Positions 13,150 to 26,129 of a stretch of 64,000 nucleotides of DNA are shown here, piece by piece; position 1 is the first letter of the stretch, and each line of letters opens with the position of its first letter. The position numbers and the translations under genes were made by a program. The stretch covers positions 186,001-250,000 of the forward strand of contig NW_027191405.1 of the NCBI RefSeq assembly GCF_041146345.1, in the 5' to 3' direction. Source of the DNA: Neodothiora populina (taxonomy: Eukaryota). Under the pieces are notes generated by a model. It was not told the origin of the DNA and searched no databases. It saw nothing but the letters and a program-made list of their open reading frames with translations.

Positions 13150-14800
13150 AATGAGAGTGTGAAATGTTCCTAATAAGAGGTTCATCTAGTTGAGAAGTTC
13201 ACTGTATGCTTTTTCTCCTTTGTTCATGTCAGTTGTTGGCATGCGGTATAGCAGAAAATGTGATATCATATATTTTCCCTCTGGATATAGGTTCTACGCA
13301 CATCGTATGCTTCACTGACATCGACTCATAGTACTACGCTCGTCAGCAGAAACCTTCTCGATCTTACTTGATCTGCTTACTATTCTGCCTGTTCTCGCAA
13401 GCATTAGATATGTTCGAGAGAAGCACAGGACATGATTGTGACTACCCAGACATTCGGTTGACCCCTGCTCGCTTATCAGTATGATGTTCGTCTATAGTAA
13501 CTATCTTATTGCTTACGAAGATACACACGCTATTCCCTTTGTGATTAACACTGTTAGGCACTAGGCATATGTCTCTTCCTTCAATTGTACAATGTTCCTG
13601 GAACCGAGTAGTTCATGCTCGCCTTGAACACTAAATAGTAGGTCTTATGAATCGTTCGCGTGGTCACCCTGTTCTCTACATTTAGTGTCATGATCATGTG
13701 GCCATCGAGCCATCTATGCTAGTCTTGCAGTCCTGCACGCTATGTATTCAATGATTCACTAAGACTTATAGAGCTACCTGTGCAGATATCATACTCGAGC
13801 ATGGGTTTTTGAATGGTTCTTTAGACAAGCACGAGTCGTCCGCTCACTTAGCAATAGCCGTGCAAACTACTGAAGCCTTTACACAAACGCTCACTTACCG
13901 ATATACTTCTAGACATATCTTGTTTAAAGGCGAAAGGGCTGGGCCATATCTCACAATCTTGTAGTCGTGAATTGCATTAATGCGGCGATCTGTCTTGCTC
14001 TAGCATCTTACAGTGCTAATACAGATGTCTGGACATCTATAGTTTACTCGCTGGCAACTGCTGCCCGGGCCTTGTCAGAACGCTTTTCAAGCACTCATTA
14101 AGCACCCATCAAGCTATATAAGCCGATCCACATATAGCTGATAGCAAAGCCGTAGGCGTAGCGCAGGTAGAAAGACCACGTAAAGCATGAAGCTCTAAAA
14201 GTTAAACCATCAGAATCACCAGATCATAGACTAAATAATGGTAGTGCTGAATATCGTCAGAGACAGAGGAAAAGGACGGACGATAGACGAGATATCATAC
14301 TGTTATAGCGGTGTTAGTGAGCGGTTGTGGTGTTCCTGAGAAGAAATAGTGTTGGCGGGAAAAGTGATGTTAGGGTTTATGAGGGTGAAGTTGGCGAAGG
14401 AAGTACCTTTGATTGTCAACATAACAGTGCAAGAGTAACTAATTTAGTAAAAGAGCAGAGGAGCAAGATGTACAGAGAAGTAAGAAGAGCAGAGTAGAGA
14501 GGATAGCAACAGTAGGAAGAGTACTATCAGTGAGGCAGCTGATATTACTAACGAAAAAATTGTAACAGTAATGGGAAGATCAATGTGAGTCAGAAGACTG
14601 ATGTTGATATGAGCAGTGAGAAAGCAATAAGAAGATAGATGTAGGTGAGATAATAGATGTTGATCAGTGATAAGTGTAGTGGTGGTGGTGAGTGCATTAA
14701 TGCAAGTAGGGAAACTGATATTAGTGACAGTAGAAACATGACTGAAGAGAGTGGTGGAGGCGAGAAGAATAACACCAGTGGAAAAGGACAGGGGTTATAG
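13150..14800. other. ORF-free, TpA-rich degenerate stretch (possible RIP-mutated relic)
   Basis: No ORF of 60 aa or more in any frame from 13152 to 14589. Many TAG/TAA/CTA triplets by eye; 14340-14800 is strongly C-depleted on the + strand. Confidence 0.35.
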
Positions 14801-15374
14801 TAGCACAAGAACCTCACAAAGCAAAGTCGAAATTCGAGTCAGGACAATGAAACAACTGCAAGAAAGGAATATGTACAAAAAGTTCGAATAATTTGTGCTG
14901 CTGCATGCGTGCATACTACACTCCGACTCTACTACTGTACAGCTGCAGCCTTTGCATTTCCTTCCCTCTCTTTCTCCACCTACCACCACCTCCGCCACTT
15001 TATGCTGCATTGCATGGAATGAAAGCCCAGATCGGAAAGAACAAGGGACAATAAACGATAAGAAAAATGAGAAAACGCCAGACTACGCCATCAGATGAAT
15101 TTCGCTGCTCTTTGCTATCCGTCTCGCTTCAAGCTCCGCTCTTGCCTCATCGTTGGCTCGACGGCTTCTTGTGCGTCCAGCAAGACCACTTCATGCCCCC
15201 GGATGCAATAGAGAAAAAAAGAGACAAAGCCCCATAATCGTTAGTCAAGGCTTTTGTTTCTTTGCATCCGCGATTCCTTTCCTGCTTGTACCTTTCCCTC
15301 CCAAGACACCAAAATCGGGTTTCCAATTGGTGCCGAGGCAGATACACATCTACGAGGATCTCTTTCTTCAAAGA

Positions 15375-17843
15375 TTACACGCTGTGAGCCTGGGGGCCGG
15401 GTCCGTAGTTCACCTGTGCATCAGGGTATCCGGGAGCCATAAAGTTCGTCTTGGGGTTCTTCTGGGCCTTGGCTGCCGAGCAGCGAGCCATCGTAGGCGA
15501 AGATCTCGAGATGGCGTCGGTGAAGAAGAAGTTCTCGATGGGGGTCTTGAGAGCACCGCCGGTCGTCTTGGCACCCTTGTTGCTCTCGACGAGCTGGATC
15601 TTGCTGAGAGATCGCATCTCCTTGGATGTGGGCTCGACAATGTCGTAGCGGCGGAGAGTCGGGGAGATGTCCTCCATGCGGTCGCGGAGCATCTCAATGT
15701 CGTCGTACGGTAGAGGTGCGTTGAGGGCTTCCGAGACGGCGCGAAGAATCTTCCAGTCCTCGCGGGCGGCACCGTAGACCGAGGTGGCAGCACGGCCCAT
15801 CTGCACACGACCCTCGGTGTTGACCCAAGTGGCCGACTTCTCGGTGTAGGTAGCACCGGGAAGGATGACATCGGCGAGCTGAGCGCCCTTGTCACCGTGG
15901 TGGCCCTGGTAGACGACGAAAGCATCCTTGGGAATGTCCTCGGCGGAGACCTCATCGGCTCCGAGCAGCCACAAGAACTTGGGGGTGGTGCTGGCGGTGG
16001 CGGGGTTTGAGACAGTGAAGCCGACCTCGTAGGCGGCGGCGCGAGAAGCGGCGCGCTGGAGGACGTTGTATCCATTCCACTCGGGAGTCAGGAAGTTTTG
16101 CTTGTTCTTCTCCAAGAAGGAACCGACGGTCTCGTAGATGGCCTTGGCGTCAGCGTGCTCGACGGCGGAAGAACCGAGGATGATCATGGGCCGCTCAGCC
16201 TGAGCTAGCTTCTGGCCAAACTCGCCGGCGAGGGCAGCCTTGAGGGCGGACGAGTCCTTTCCGAGGTTCTCGTACTCGAAAGTAGACTCGAAGTCTTCAC
16301 CGACAAGACCGATCTCGAGGTCACTGCGGAGCCACTGCTTGCGGATACGGGCGTTCAGGACGGCGGCTTCGTGGCGGGGATTGGTGCCGATCAGGAGAAT
16401 GCAGTCGGCCTCTTCGACACCGACGATCTTGCTGTTGAACGAGTAGTTGGAGCGGATGTCAACACCGTGGGCGACGGGAGCACTGCCCTGGGGCTGGTCG
16501 AGAGCCAAGTTCTCGGAGCCGAGTCTGTTGGCGAGGTCCTTGGCGGCGACAAGAGACTCGGTGTCGACGAGGTGGCCGGCGACGAACTTGATCTCGTCGC
16601 CCTTGGGCTGCCTCTGCTGGAACTTGTCGCTGATCTCGACGAGGACCTGCTCCCAGGTGGCCGGGTGGAACTCGTTGTCGCGACGGATAAGAGGGTTGGT
16701 GAGGCGCTGGGTGCTGAGACCGTCGCAGGCGAAACGGGACTTGTCGTCAATCCACTCCTCGTTGACGTCGTCGTTCAATCGGGGAACGATACGCATGACC
16801 TGGAGACCCCTGGCGTCGACTCTGATGTTGGAGCCGAGTGCGTTGAGAACATCGACAGTCTCGGTGTGGTAGAGCTCCCACGGTCTTGCGCGGAAAGCAT
16901 ACGGCTTGGATGTGAGGGCTCCGACGGGGCAGAGGTCGATGACGTTGCCTGACATTTCCGTGTCGAGGGCGGTCTCAAGGTATGTACCGATCTGAAGGTC
17001 GTTGCCGCGGCCTGTGCTGCCGAGTTCGGGGGCGCCGGCGATGTCGTTGGCGAAGCGGACGCATCTGGTGCAGTGGATACATCTGTTCATCGAGGTCTGT
17101 CTGAGTCAGTCTCTTGTGTGTCTCTTCTCTCGCCCATCCAGTATGCAACAGTCAGAGTAGCCGAGACGGAAAAGGACGGCATACCTTGACGAGAGGACCA
17201 ATGTTCTTGTCCTCGACGGCACGCTTTCCGCCCAGCTCGTGGAAGCGGCCTCTGTCTCCACCGTATCTCATGCTCTGGTCCTGCAGGTCGCACTCGCCAC
17301 CCTGGTCGCAGATGGGGCAGTCGAGGGGGTGGTTGGCGAGCAGAAACTCCATGACGCCCTCTCGCGCCTTGTGAACAAGAGGCGAGTCGGTCTTGACAAC
17401 CATTCCGGGCTGCACCGGCCAGGCGCAGGACGCCACGGGCTTGGGTGCTCTCTCGACCTCCACCAGACACATGCGGCAGTTACCCGCGATCATGAGCTTT
17501 TCGTGGTAGCAGTAGCGAGGAATCGTCTTTCCCGCCTTTTCACATGCTTGAATGAGGGCGCTGCCGGCTGTCGTCTGTCAGTGTCTTGTGCCTTGTCTCC
17601 TGCTGTTGCTTCAAGTGAATCAGGAACGGAGACCTACCCTCTATTGACACCTTTTCACCATCTGTCCGGAAACAAGAGTCAGCCAATGCACATCGCCCGC
17701 GTCTGTTGCAGTCACACACCAATCGTCAGCTCGACCTCGGCCGAGCGGTATTGTGAGGTTGAGAAGGAGCGCGCGGCATTGAGTCCAGATGCAGAAGCCT
17801 TCTGGGACCGTCTGAGGCCCTTGACGAGCTGTTGCCGCATCAT
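15375..17843 (-). CDS. NDUFS1: NADH:ubiquinone oxidoreductase 75/78-kDa Fe-S subunit (NDUFS1 / nuo-78)
   Basis: Exons 17843-17720, 17661-17638, 17567-17185 and 17096-15375. Arg/Ser-rich mitochondrial presequence. Motifs [43 protein letters not shown] and DLCPVGALT. Confidence 0.97.
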
Positions 17844-19712
17844 TTTGTCTTGATTTGAATGCGACCCAGGCGACGCTGAAAAGAAGACAAAAGGATGATT
17901 CGATGCAAAGAAAAGACGAGAAGAGCTGGTGGTGGTATATACCAAGGTAGTGACAGAGCCTATCACTCTCTCAATGTCTGGCAAGAGCTCCGGGAGTGAG
18001 GCAAGAGCGCTGCGAAACAGGCAGACGGTCTGTGCTCTTAGTATTTCGCCTTATCTGATTGGTTCCCATGTTGGTCAGCGCCGGTGTGGACAGAAAGCTT
18101 TGCATCTTCTGCCTTTGCTTGTGCTGTACTGCAGTAATTTTGACAACACTATACAGACCGACCGGCCATATATGGATCAAATGTATCTGATCACTTCTAT
18201 ACTCCCACATGTCGAGTACTCATCAATACATCTGATATTTCTGCACTTATTCAAGGGAAAGTGATGGAATATGCGACTGCCCACCTCAACACAGAGAAGA
18301 ATCCAACCAATCACAACGCTCAAGCATGACCATTGGCCCAAGCCCCGAGAAATATGACCACTTCCTCTCCTCCATCCCATTCCCCCTCACCAAGTCCACA
18401 GCAGTCACCCGGGCGCCAACGAGTCTCAAACGAGGCCAAGCAGCCTGACCACCCAGTCCCACCCGCTCTCCACAGAAAAGCAAACGCCAAACCGCACTGC
18501 GCAAAAAATCCAATATATATTGCCCCTCCCCCCAAAGCCCTTCTGTCCCTCCTCTCCCTTTCTTCTTTCAACTCATTTCTTGGGGCTTTTATTGTGAGAA
18601 GCATGTGGAATTTTTTCTACACACGCATCTCCTGCAAGCATCACCATAGAGCGAAGAAAGGGAAAGAGGTCGTCTACGGACGGCTTCTTTCGTGGGAACG
18701 CGCCGTAGCTGGATTACCGGATGATTCCTCGTCAGGGGAGTCGGATGATGTACTGTCCTTACCGACGGTCGCGACATTTCTTGATGTTTTTTTTTCCTTT
18801 TTTTTTTTTTCGTACTTGGCTTTTCCTTTTGGTCTGCTGTAAATTGTGAAATGTGATTGATGGTCTATGTGTTTTCCATTGCACGAACTGTTCGATGGCT
18901 TTCAAATGCCCATCTTAAAATGTGCAGTGTTACGTAGCAATAAACCCACGCCCACCACCCGCGTACTCTTAAGCTCGTGGATATGGACACAGGGTCACCA
19001 TGGTGAACTGATGGACTTGACACAAAGTGTTCATGGAACACCTCGTATCGTCCAACGTCCTGCGCATCACCGATATCATCTCACATGCAAAAAACACAAT
19101 CGAGAAACCCGTAGTTCATGTCAAGGGATACAAGGGCGCTGCGATCTACAAATAGAAGGAAGCCCTATAATAAAACTCCCCAGAAACACCGCCGTCCACC
19201 GTAACCCTAGACCGGTACCCTGTGCCATGCCACCGTTCGCCGTGTTAAAGTATGCATGCAGGCATAGTAAACAGTAAAAGGTAAGAATAAAGACTACCAG
19301 GCGCCATGCTAGATCAACTTGCTCCCGCTTCTCGCTACCGCTCTCACTTACCCATCGAAAACAAGAACCAGAAGAAAGGACAGCACTGGCTGTTGACGAG
19401 AAGTAGATAAAACAAAGACAAGGGAGCGATCGGAACCCCTCGTGTGTTTAGTGCTTCCATTCCTACAATGAGGGGAGGACATAAGAGCAACCCTCGTAGC
19501 CATCATCCGTCATCTGGTCGTACCACATCGTTTAAAAAAGGAAAAAAAAGGAAAAACAACAATCGTGCCCAAAGAGGAAGAACTCCGTCAACGCACTTGC
19601 TGGCTCAGTCCATCCCTTTCTGAGCACTTCTGGTAGCAAGAGCGTCGTGAAAGTCTTGAGCGGACGGGCCTAGAGTGAGACTCGTCCAAGACGGCGATCG
19701 AGATATGCTTTC

Positions 19713-22028
19713 CTACTGCATATCGTCCTCGGCAGGCTTGAGTTCGAATCCCTTCTGCTCATAAAACCATTCCGTTTCTTTGTCCCACTTGTACGCCTTG
19801 AAGTCGACACCATATGGCTTGGGCTCGAGGCAGTACAGCATGCCAATGGGCACATCCAAGTCTGCAACCTCTTCTCGCTCCAAGCCGCGGAAGTATGCGA
19901 GGAGGACGCGGGCCACACTGCGATGACCGACGAGCAGCACATGGTCCGTCATGCGCTCTAGCTCGACAATAACAGGACGTAGACGGTTGATTATATCAAG
20001 GTAGCCCTCACCTCCCGGACCAGGGTAGCGGTAGTGGAGCTTGTCCTTCTTGCGCAGAGAGTATTCTGCCGGGTACGCCTGGGCGATGCTCGCGTACGTC
20101 AAGCCCTCCATAACGCCGGCATTCAGCTCGTCCAACATACGCATCTGTTTGATGTCAAACTCTTCCTCGTCGAAGAACTGCGCCGTGTCGATAGATCGCT
20201 TGAGCATTGATGTCCACACACAGAAAGACTTTTGCACGAGTTCGTTGTTGTCGTTGGGCTGATAGTGGGGGTTTGGTGGAGTAGTGTCACCAGGCTGAGG
20301 AGGGAAATGTGAGTTCTGGACCTTGTGCAGCTGCTTCTGATCCCACACGTTTCTGGCGTGGCTGATGAACTTGGTTAAGGATTTGGCGTATTGTATTCCC
20401 TCCGGGCTCAGAGAACTGTCACCGCCGATCTTGCCCGAAACATTGTCCTTGGAAAGACCGTGGCGTGTTATCCAGATCTGTCGAGGGGCGAGGTTGAAGT
20501 TAAGGAGGTAATAATTGGCTTGAGCGGAAAGGAAGCCTCGGATTTGATGACTGATGATCTTGCGACCGACGTCGATCATCTGGATGTAGGGCATGTTCTC
20601 CTTCTCCTCGTAATCGCCGAGAGGGACATAGTTCTTTTCGTAAATGGCAACACGTTGCTTGAAGTCTTCCAGTGACTTGACGGGGTCTTTGTCTTTGTAG
20701 TCCGGACCGGAGAGCTTGAGACGCATATTCGATTCGAGGAGGTTTTCGTCAACGCAGCGACTCTCGAGAAAGAGAACATTCAACTCAGTACCCGCCTTTT
20801 CTCTGATCCTCTTCATGATGACCTTCCTGCGCTCAAGAGTGCTGTTTGTGGCGTCAAGGATACCAACAGAACCATCACCTTCTAAGATGAAGTCCAATAG
20901 CTCGTCCAGAGTGTCCATCGCACACTGCTCTCGTATAAGGGCAGCTCTCTTGTTTGACGGATCGAAAAAGTTTGCTGATTGATCCATCGAATCGGGATCT
21001 GGTGTTGAGACTTTTGTGAGATCAGGCATGTCACCATCGGGACCATCTTGGCCGTCCGGGTGTCCCTCGATTGCATTACCGCCTGAAGCATCGGGAACAA
21101 TGGAGCCTCTGCGTTCTTGACCTTCCGGCGTGCCTGGTGCCTCGATTGCAGAATCGTTGAGCATTATTTGTGCCAGACCAGAAGGTCGAATGTGATCCCT
21201 TTGGTCAAGCAAGCCAGTACGACCGACAATGCTTGGGCGATGATCAGACATGGACTGTCTCTTGTCGGAATTGCTCCTCGTCTTTTCGAGTGTATTCGGA
21301 CCTCCGGCAGCAACACGTCTCCGTTCGCCAACGTTGAAGATCTTGGTGTCGTGTTGCAGCCAGTTCAGGTATCTGGCGAGTTTCTTGGTGATGTAACTCT
21401 TGCCTCTTGCCGGCAGACCGACCATGACAATGACGAGCTTGGCGCCGACATCACGCTTTGCTATGCGGCCATCAGGAGAAACTTTTGATTTGGTCAAGCC
21501 GGGGATATCCAAAGTGGTCGGTCGGATGCGCGGCGTACTCGATCCGGAATTTTGTCGTACGGGGAGCAGTTTAGGACTGTTGGGTGCAGTGACAGCAGGT
21601 GTGTCATTCATAGCCTGCGTACTCGAGGCGGCCCCGAATCCATAACTCGACGGCATGTGTGCGTACATGGGGCGAGGCGGCGGTGCGGTCCCTACTGTTG
21701 GTACTGAAGAGGAGGGAGAAGAATAAGAAGAAGTAAGGTGGTGAGGATGTGTCGGTGGAGGCAGCTCCTTGTCGTCAGTCCGACCTGAGGAGTGCATGAG
21801 GGACTTGCCCAAACTGTCCTTCAGATCCTTCACGTCCCGGAGGGCTTTGAGGTCACCTCTCTCATCGGTGGCGGCGTGTGTTGGCTGGTCGTTGTTGTGG
21901 CTCGCGTTGCTCATCATAACAAATTTGGCGATATCAGACTGCTGGCTTTGACGACGAGCAGTGGCTTTGGACGGCGGGGATTGAGAGCTTGAGCGTGGCA
22001 GAAAGGCGGGATCGCATATCAGAGGCAT
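19713..22028 (-). CDS. PFK26: 6-phosphofructo-2-kinase / fructose-2,6-bisphosphatase (Pfk26-like)
   Basis: 771-aa ORF with MVGLPARGKS Walker A, FNVGERRR, DATNST and a histidine-phosphatase domain (ITRHG, ELNAG, GHRSV). Confidence 0.93.
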   Translation of the reverse strand: MPLICDPAFLPRSSSQSPPSKATARRQSQQSDIAKFVMMSNASHNNDQPTHAATDERGDLKALRDVKDLKDSLGKSLMHSSGRTDDKELPPPTHPHHLTSSYSSPSSSVPTVGTAPPPRPMYAHMPSSYGFGAASSTQAMNDTPAVTAPNSPKLLPVRQNSGSSTPRIRPTTLDIPGLTKSKVSPDGRIAKRDVGAKLVIVMVGLPARGKSYITKKLARYLNWLQHDTKIFNVGERRRVAAGGPNTLEKTRSNSDKRQSMSDHRPSIVGRTGLLDQRDHIRPSGLAQIMLNDSAIEAPGTPEGQERRGSIVPDASGGNAIEGHPDGQDGPDGDMPDLTKVSTPDPDSMDQSANFFDPSNKRAALIREQCAMDTLDELLDFILEGDGSVGILDATNSTLERRKVIMKRIREKAGTELNVLFLESRCVDENLLESNMRLKLSGPDYKDKDPVKSLEDFKQRVAIYEKNYVPLGDYEEKENMPYIQMIDVGRKIISHQIRGFLSAQANYYLLNFNLAPRQIWITRHGLSKDNVSGKIGGDSSLSPEGIQYAKSLTKFISHARNVWDQKQLHKVQNSHFPPQPGDTTPPNPHYQPNDNNELVQKSFCVWTSMLKRSIDTAQFFDEEEFDIKQMRMLDELNAGVMEGLTYASIAQAYPAEYSLRKKDKLHYRYPGPGGEGYLDIINRLRPVIVELERMTDHVLLVGHRSVARVLLAYFRGLEREEVADLDVPIGMLYCLEPKPYGVDFKAYKWDKETEWFYEQKGFELKPAEDDMQ

Positions 22029-22917
22029 ATCAAGTCAGGTTCCCGGCCGGCCAGTGCAGTAAAATGCACAGATGGAATCTCCCGATGACGGAATCCTTAA
22101 CTCCGCTCGTATCCCAGATGAGAGCTGGAATCACCTGCAGGCACCAGACTGCAGACTACGACTAGAAAACCTGAACCCTTGGGAAAAAAGCCCTTTGCCG
22201 AAGCTCAACCTTTTGCACTAGAAACAAGTGCGAGAACAGGGTCCAGTCTCGCCAGCGCTGGACTTGCAAATCGTTGACAAGTGGGCTGGGCGGGGAGATA
22301 CTTCGGTGCTCGATCTTGTTGAGATGTCCTCAGTGTTGTCGATGATTGAAGACGCCGTGATGCAAATAACACTGTATCGAGTGAACATGCGGCTGTACTG
22401 TAGCAAATACTGCAGGCGTGGTTCTGGGAAGGAGAGTCAATTGTGCAATAATTACTTTGGATGACCGGCGGATGACTCACGATGCTTTTTCTTCGTTTGA
22501 GCTTGCAACGCGCTTTCACTCTTCAAAGTGCTTTCTCTCAAAAGCCAGAATAAAATAAAATTTCTTTGTACTTGTACTGTACTGTACGGCACGGCTTGCA
22601 CTACCTTACTGTGCTGCTGAGCCACCTGCTAACCCAAGGTTGCGGCAGCCGAAGCTGGGTAAAAGTAATCGTTGTAACTCGTAGCGTATCCGTGCCTGCT
22701 GATCTGACGCGCGCGTGCTAAGTGGTTCGACAGCAGTGCACGCAAGGGCGTTGTGACGTATTGGTTAGATTGCTAGCTGCTGATAGCTGGAGATTTTGGC
22801 CGTGATGTGAGGCAACACTCTGGTTGATGGGTACCTCGAAAGGGGGATGGGTCACCAGGGCTGTGGCAGTATGGCTCGTTGGCTCGTCACAAACAAAATG
22901 TAGGCCCGACCGGCTTT

Positions 22918-22943
22918 ATCATCATCATCATCATCATCATCAT
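22918..22943. repeat. (ATC/CAT)n trinucleotide microsatellite
   Basis: About 8 tandem ATC units seen directly. Confidence 0.9.
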
Positions 22944-24015
22944 GTTATACTTACCCAATGCCAACTCCTGCCCCGTTTCACGCTGATAGCACATAGCCTT
23001 CCTGCACTGCCTAAGATCAACGGAGAACGCGGCCACGGCGAATCGGAGGGCCCCCACGCTTTCGTGTCGTGCCTAGCTGTACGAGGGGCACCGTAAATCC
23101 GATGGCATTATTTTCTCCGACGCCTGATTACGCTGTGACTCGACACTCCAAGCACACCCAGCTTTCCCCAGTCGTGGTAGATCGATTGGCTGTAAAATAC
23201 CTATCACTCCGCTCCTGTATCTCTCAACATTGTACCAAGGCGTTGAATAACGATCCTTATCTCTCGTCGTTGTTATGTTTCTGTCTGGATCTACTGTTCT
23301 TTCTATGCAGTGTAGTTGCCGTACCTCATTGTCAAGTCTCCTGAATTTGTGAGCAACATATCTAGGTCTTCGCGCTCGTGATTGCCTAATCAGGCGTTGA
23401 ATCTGCGCAGGCGGCTCTCCGCCCATCTGCCCTACACGAACCCCCCCAAAGATAGGCCAAGCCTGATCCTACAACAAGTCCGGAACTTCTGCGAAGCCGC
23501 TGATGTCCTTTACTGTACTGGCAAGGATGGATGGAGCACTGTACACCGCGAGGCTCTATGCAAGTCCGGAGTGAATGGGCGAATTTGTGCGCAGGATCTG
23601 GCGTGTTCCAGCTCCTGAAATGGTCCCAAACAAGGTTTATGCCCCTCCTGACGAAGATCTGCCTCCGCACTGTACAAAGTAATAATGCATCGTATTGACT
23701 TCATGACATGAATGTGCTGCCCTCAATCGCCTTCATGTTGCAAGGATGTCCATCGATCCTTACACCTCAAATATAGCTTTCGGTCAGCCCAGCTGTGGTG
23801 CAGTACGCCGGATTTACTCATACTGCTCGGTTCCTCTCTGATTCAGTATGACGGCAGCATGTAGTCACGATCAGGCCAAAGCTACCTTAGGTAGCCTCCC
23901 AATTGGACTCCATGCAATACTTTTCGTTGATATGGATATGTGCTCAATACCGTACAATCTCCGTGGATTTGTGTGAAAGCAGCGCCATCTCAAGGCAAGA
24001 CCGCCGTGCAAGTCT

Positions 24016-24487
24016 TCATCCAAGCTTGAGAGTTAGAACAAGCAGCGAGATGTAAGCCGCCATGCTGATGGCAGTCAAGACGACCACCACATTCCCCGAC
24101 GTTCTAAATCGCTTCCTGTGCAGTCCATCCTCGCCAACTTCACTGAAGAACTGTCGGTTGCCCTGAGCTCTCCTGAATGCACTTACGGCTAGTACGCCAG
24201 CGCCATACACTGCAAAGAGGGCTCCGATACTGTAGAACTCGCTCGTGAAAATCTTGAGGACGACCAGTGCGAAACTAAATTGACCCAGCGACGTCCGGAT
24301 GTAAGCCCCTTCGAAGGTGCGTTGTGCAGCGCGGATCTCAACGAGCTCTTGTGGGCTCAAGATGACACTCCGCGCTCGGTGAAGACGCAAATGGAAGCGG
24401 TCGGCAGCATGACGAGTCTGTATTGCACAGTAAGAGGCTTAGTGGTTGTACATGGTGACCCGTATTGGTCCGTCATACCTGGAACAT
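24016..24487 (-). CDS. DUF202-family small membrane protein (136 aa)
   Basis: 9-nt first exon ATG TTC CAG (24487-24479), intron 24478-24418 (GTATGA..CTAAG..TACAG), then exon 2 with RAAQRTFEGAYIRT, three hydrophobic segments and FRTSG. Confidence 0.8.
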
Positions 24488-25434
24488 TGTCACGGAGGTT
24501 GCGGTCAGTAAAGTAGAGAAGTCCGACACGCTTAGCTCGTGAATGGTCCCACAACCCATTCGTGGGAGGATTGCACCGGTCAAACCGAGTGCGCGATAGT
24601 GCGCAAACTGGGCCGCTTCTGGAAGTTCCGTAAGTCAAAATCGCAGCTGAGAGAGATGTCTCTATGATGATTCGACAGAAAACACGAAAGTAATGCCAAT
24701 AATCACTGTTCTTTCCTCACTGTTGTTACTTTGCTGCATCCACTTTGTCTCTGAGATCCACACCCGCCAAGCCATACCAGACCCTCGTAAGCCCGAGGCA
24801 CCTCAACGTCATTGTCCCAGCACATATGACTCCAGTGGAGCTGCTAGCGACCTCGAGGCTCACCCTGCCTTGCAACAGCGCCGCAACATGTTGAAGAACA
24901 TAATTACCTGGACGCTTGACACGTATCTGAAGTGCTGCACCGAAGCATACTGACACAAAAGCGCTGGCACCCAAGAACAAAAGCCCAAGACCGGGTCTGT
25001 AAAAGCAGTTTTTTCTCATTCTGCAACTGTTGTCATAACACTGCCACATACACGAGTAAGTCTAGTAATAGGACCACTAAATTATTCCTGCCCTACACTT
25101 CTTTGCCAACAAGTGCTCTCGCTTCTGCGCAGACCGCCCTCGGGCGTCGTCCATACCAACCACTCATTTATTTACCTCTACCATACGCGAGACGCAGTGA
25201 CCATGGGGTTTACCAACCTCTTAGAACTAAAAGGCTCTCTTGCTAACGGCTATCCTGACCATTTGCTGTTGTGTTTGTGTTTGTCTAACCATCTCTGTCC
25301 TATCGTTTGATCGCATACCATAATCTCGCTCTGCAAGTGGCTTTTTTACTCGAGTAATCTTGGAGAACTTGAGATATACTTGCATTGGATATCCAATAAC
25401 CAATCGTGACCTTGGGACAAATTTCAACCTCACG

Positions 25435-26129
25435 ATGTTCATATCATTAACCAGATCATCACTGCTACTATCACTGCTCAACACAATACCCTATGCCAGA
25501 GCAGGGTCATGGGGAGCAGCTCCCGCAGCACTATCACAGCAGCTCAATGGAGTATGCCCGAACTGGGCGTCCATAAACTGCCAGTCAATATCACAGCCAG
25601 ACTAGTACGTCTCGCCCCGTCGAAAACCTTCCGCACATTCGACCAGGGTCTCGTACGAATCCGTTACATGACCCCAATCACTGACAACGATTCCCCCAGC
25701 TGTTGCACAGAAGGCTACTACTGCGCCTATGGCGGGCCGGAGAACCACATAGGCTGCTGTCCGAACAACGAAGTCTGCGACGGCTCACCGCCCTCGGTAT
25801 CAACCACAGTCTACACGACGACGCAAACCGTGGCCGCAACGACATACACCGAAGTCCAAGGCGACACGACCATCTACGTAGCGGGCGGAACGACAGAGTA
25901 CGTTGGCGCCACGACGACAGAGTATATTTACGGCACCGGCCCGACGACCATTTGCTCGACGATGACGGAGCATAACGTTGAGCATCTGCCTACTACTGCC
26001 GCCGGGGCTTGTGGGGTTATTCTTATTGTTAATGGCGCGGGCAGAGGGATTGAGGACTGGGCGCTTTCCGGGACGTTGGCTGCGCTGAATGCGGTTGGGG
26101 GGTTATTTTTTTTGTTGGGGCTCATGTGA
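25435..26129 (+). CDS. Secreted Cys-rich, Thr-rich, probably GPI-anchored cell-surface protein
   Basis: Signal-like MFISLTRSSLLLSLLNTIPYARA. Intron 25605-25699 removes the stop and joins QPDY to CCTEGYYC..GCCPNNEVC. Thr-rich stalk and hydrophobic C-terminus. Confidence 0.8.

Noticed and set aside
14368..14386. TTAGGG-like sequence
   Set aside because: A single unit, not a telomeric array.
15153..17853. Long antisense and alternate-frame ORFs over NDUFS1 (similar ones over the DHA1 gene, CSE1 and 53725-54900)
   Set aside because: Expected shadows of strongly C/G-ending codon usage; no independent motifs.
24693..24953. 86-aa ORF with a hydrophobic N-terminus
   Set aside because: No recognisable motif or codon bias; it lies in the divergent promoter region between the DUF202 and GPI-protein genes.
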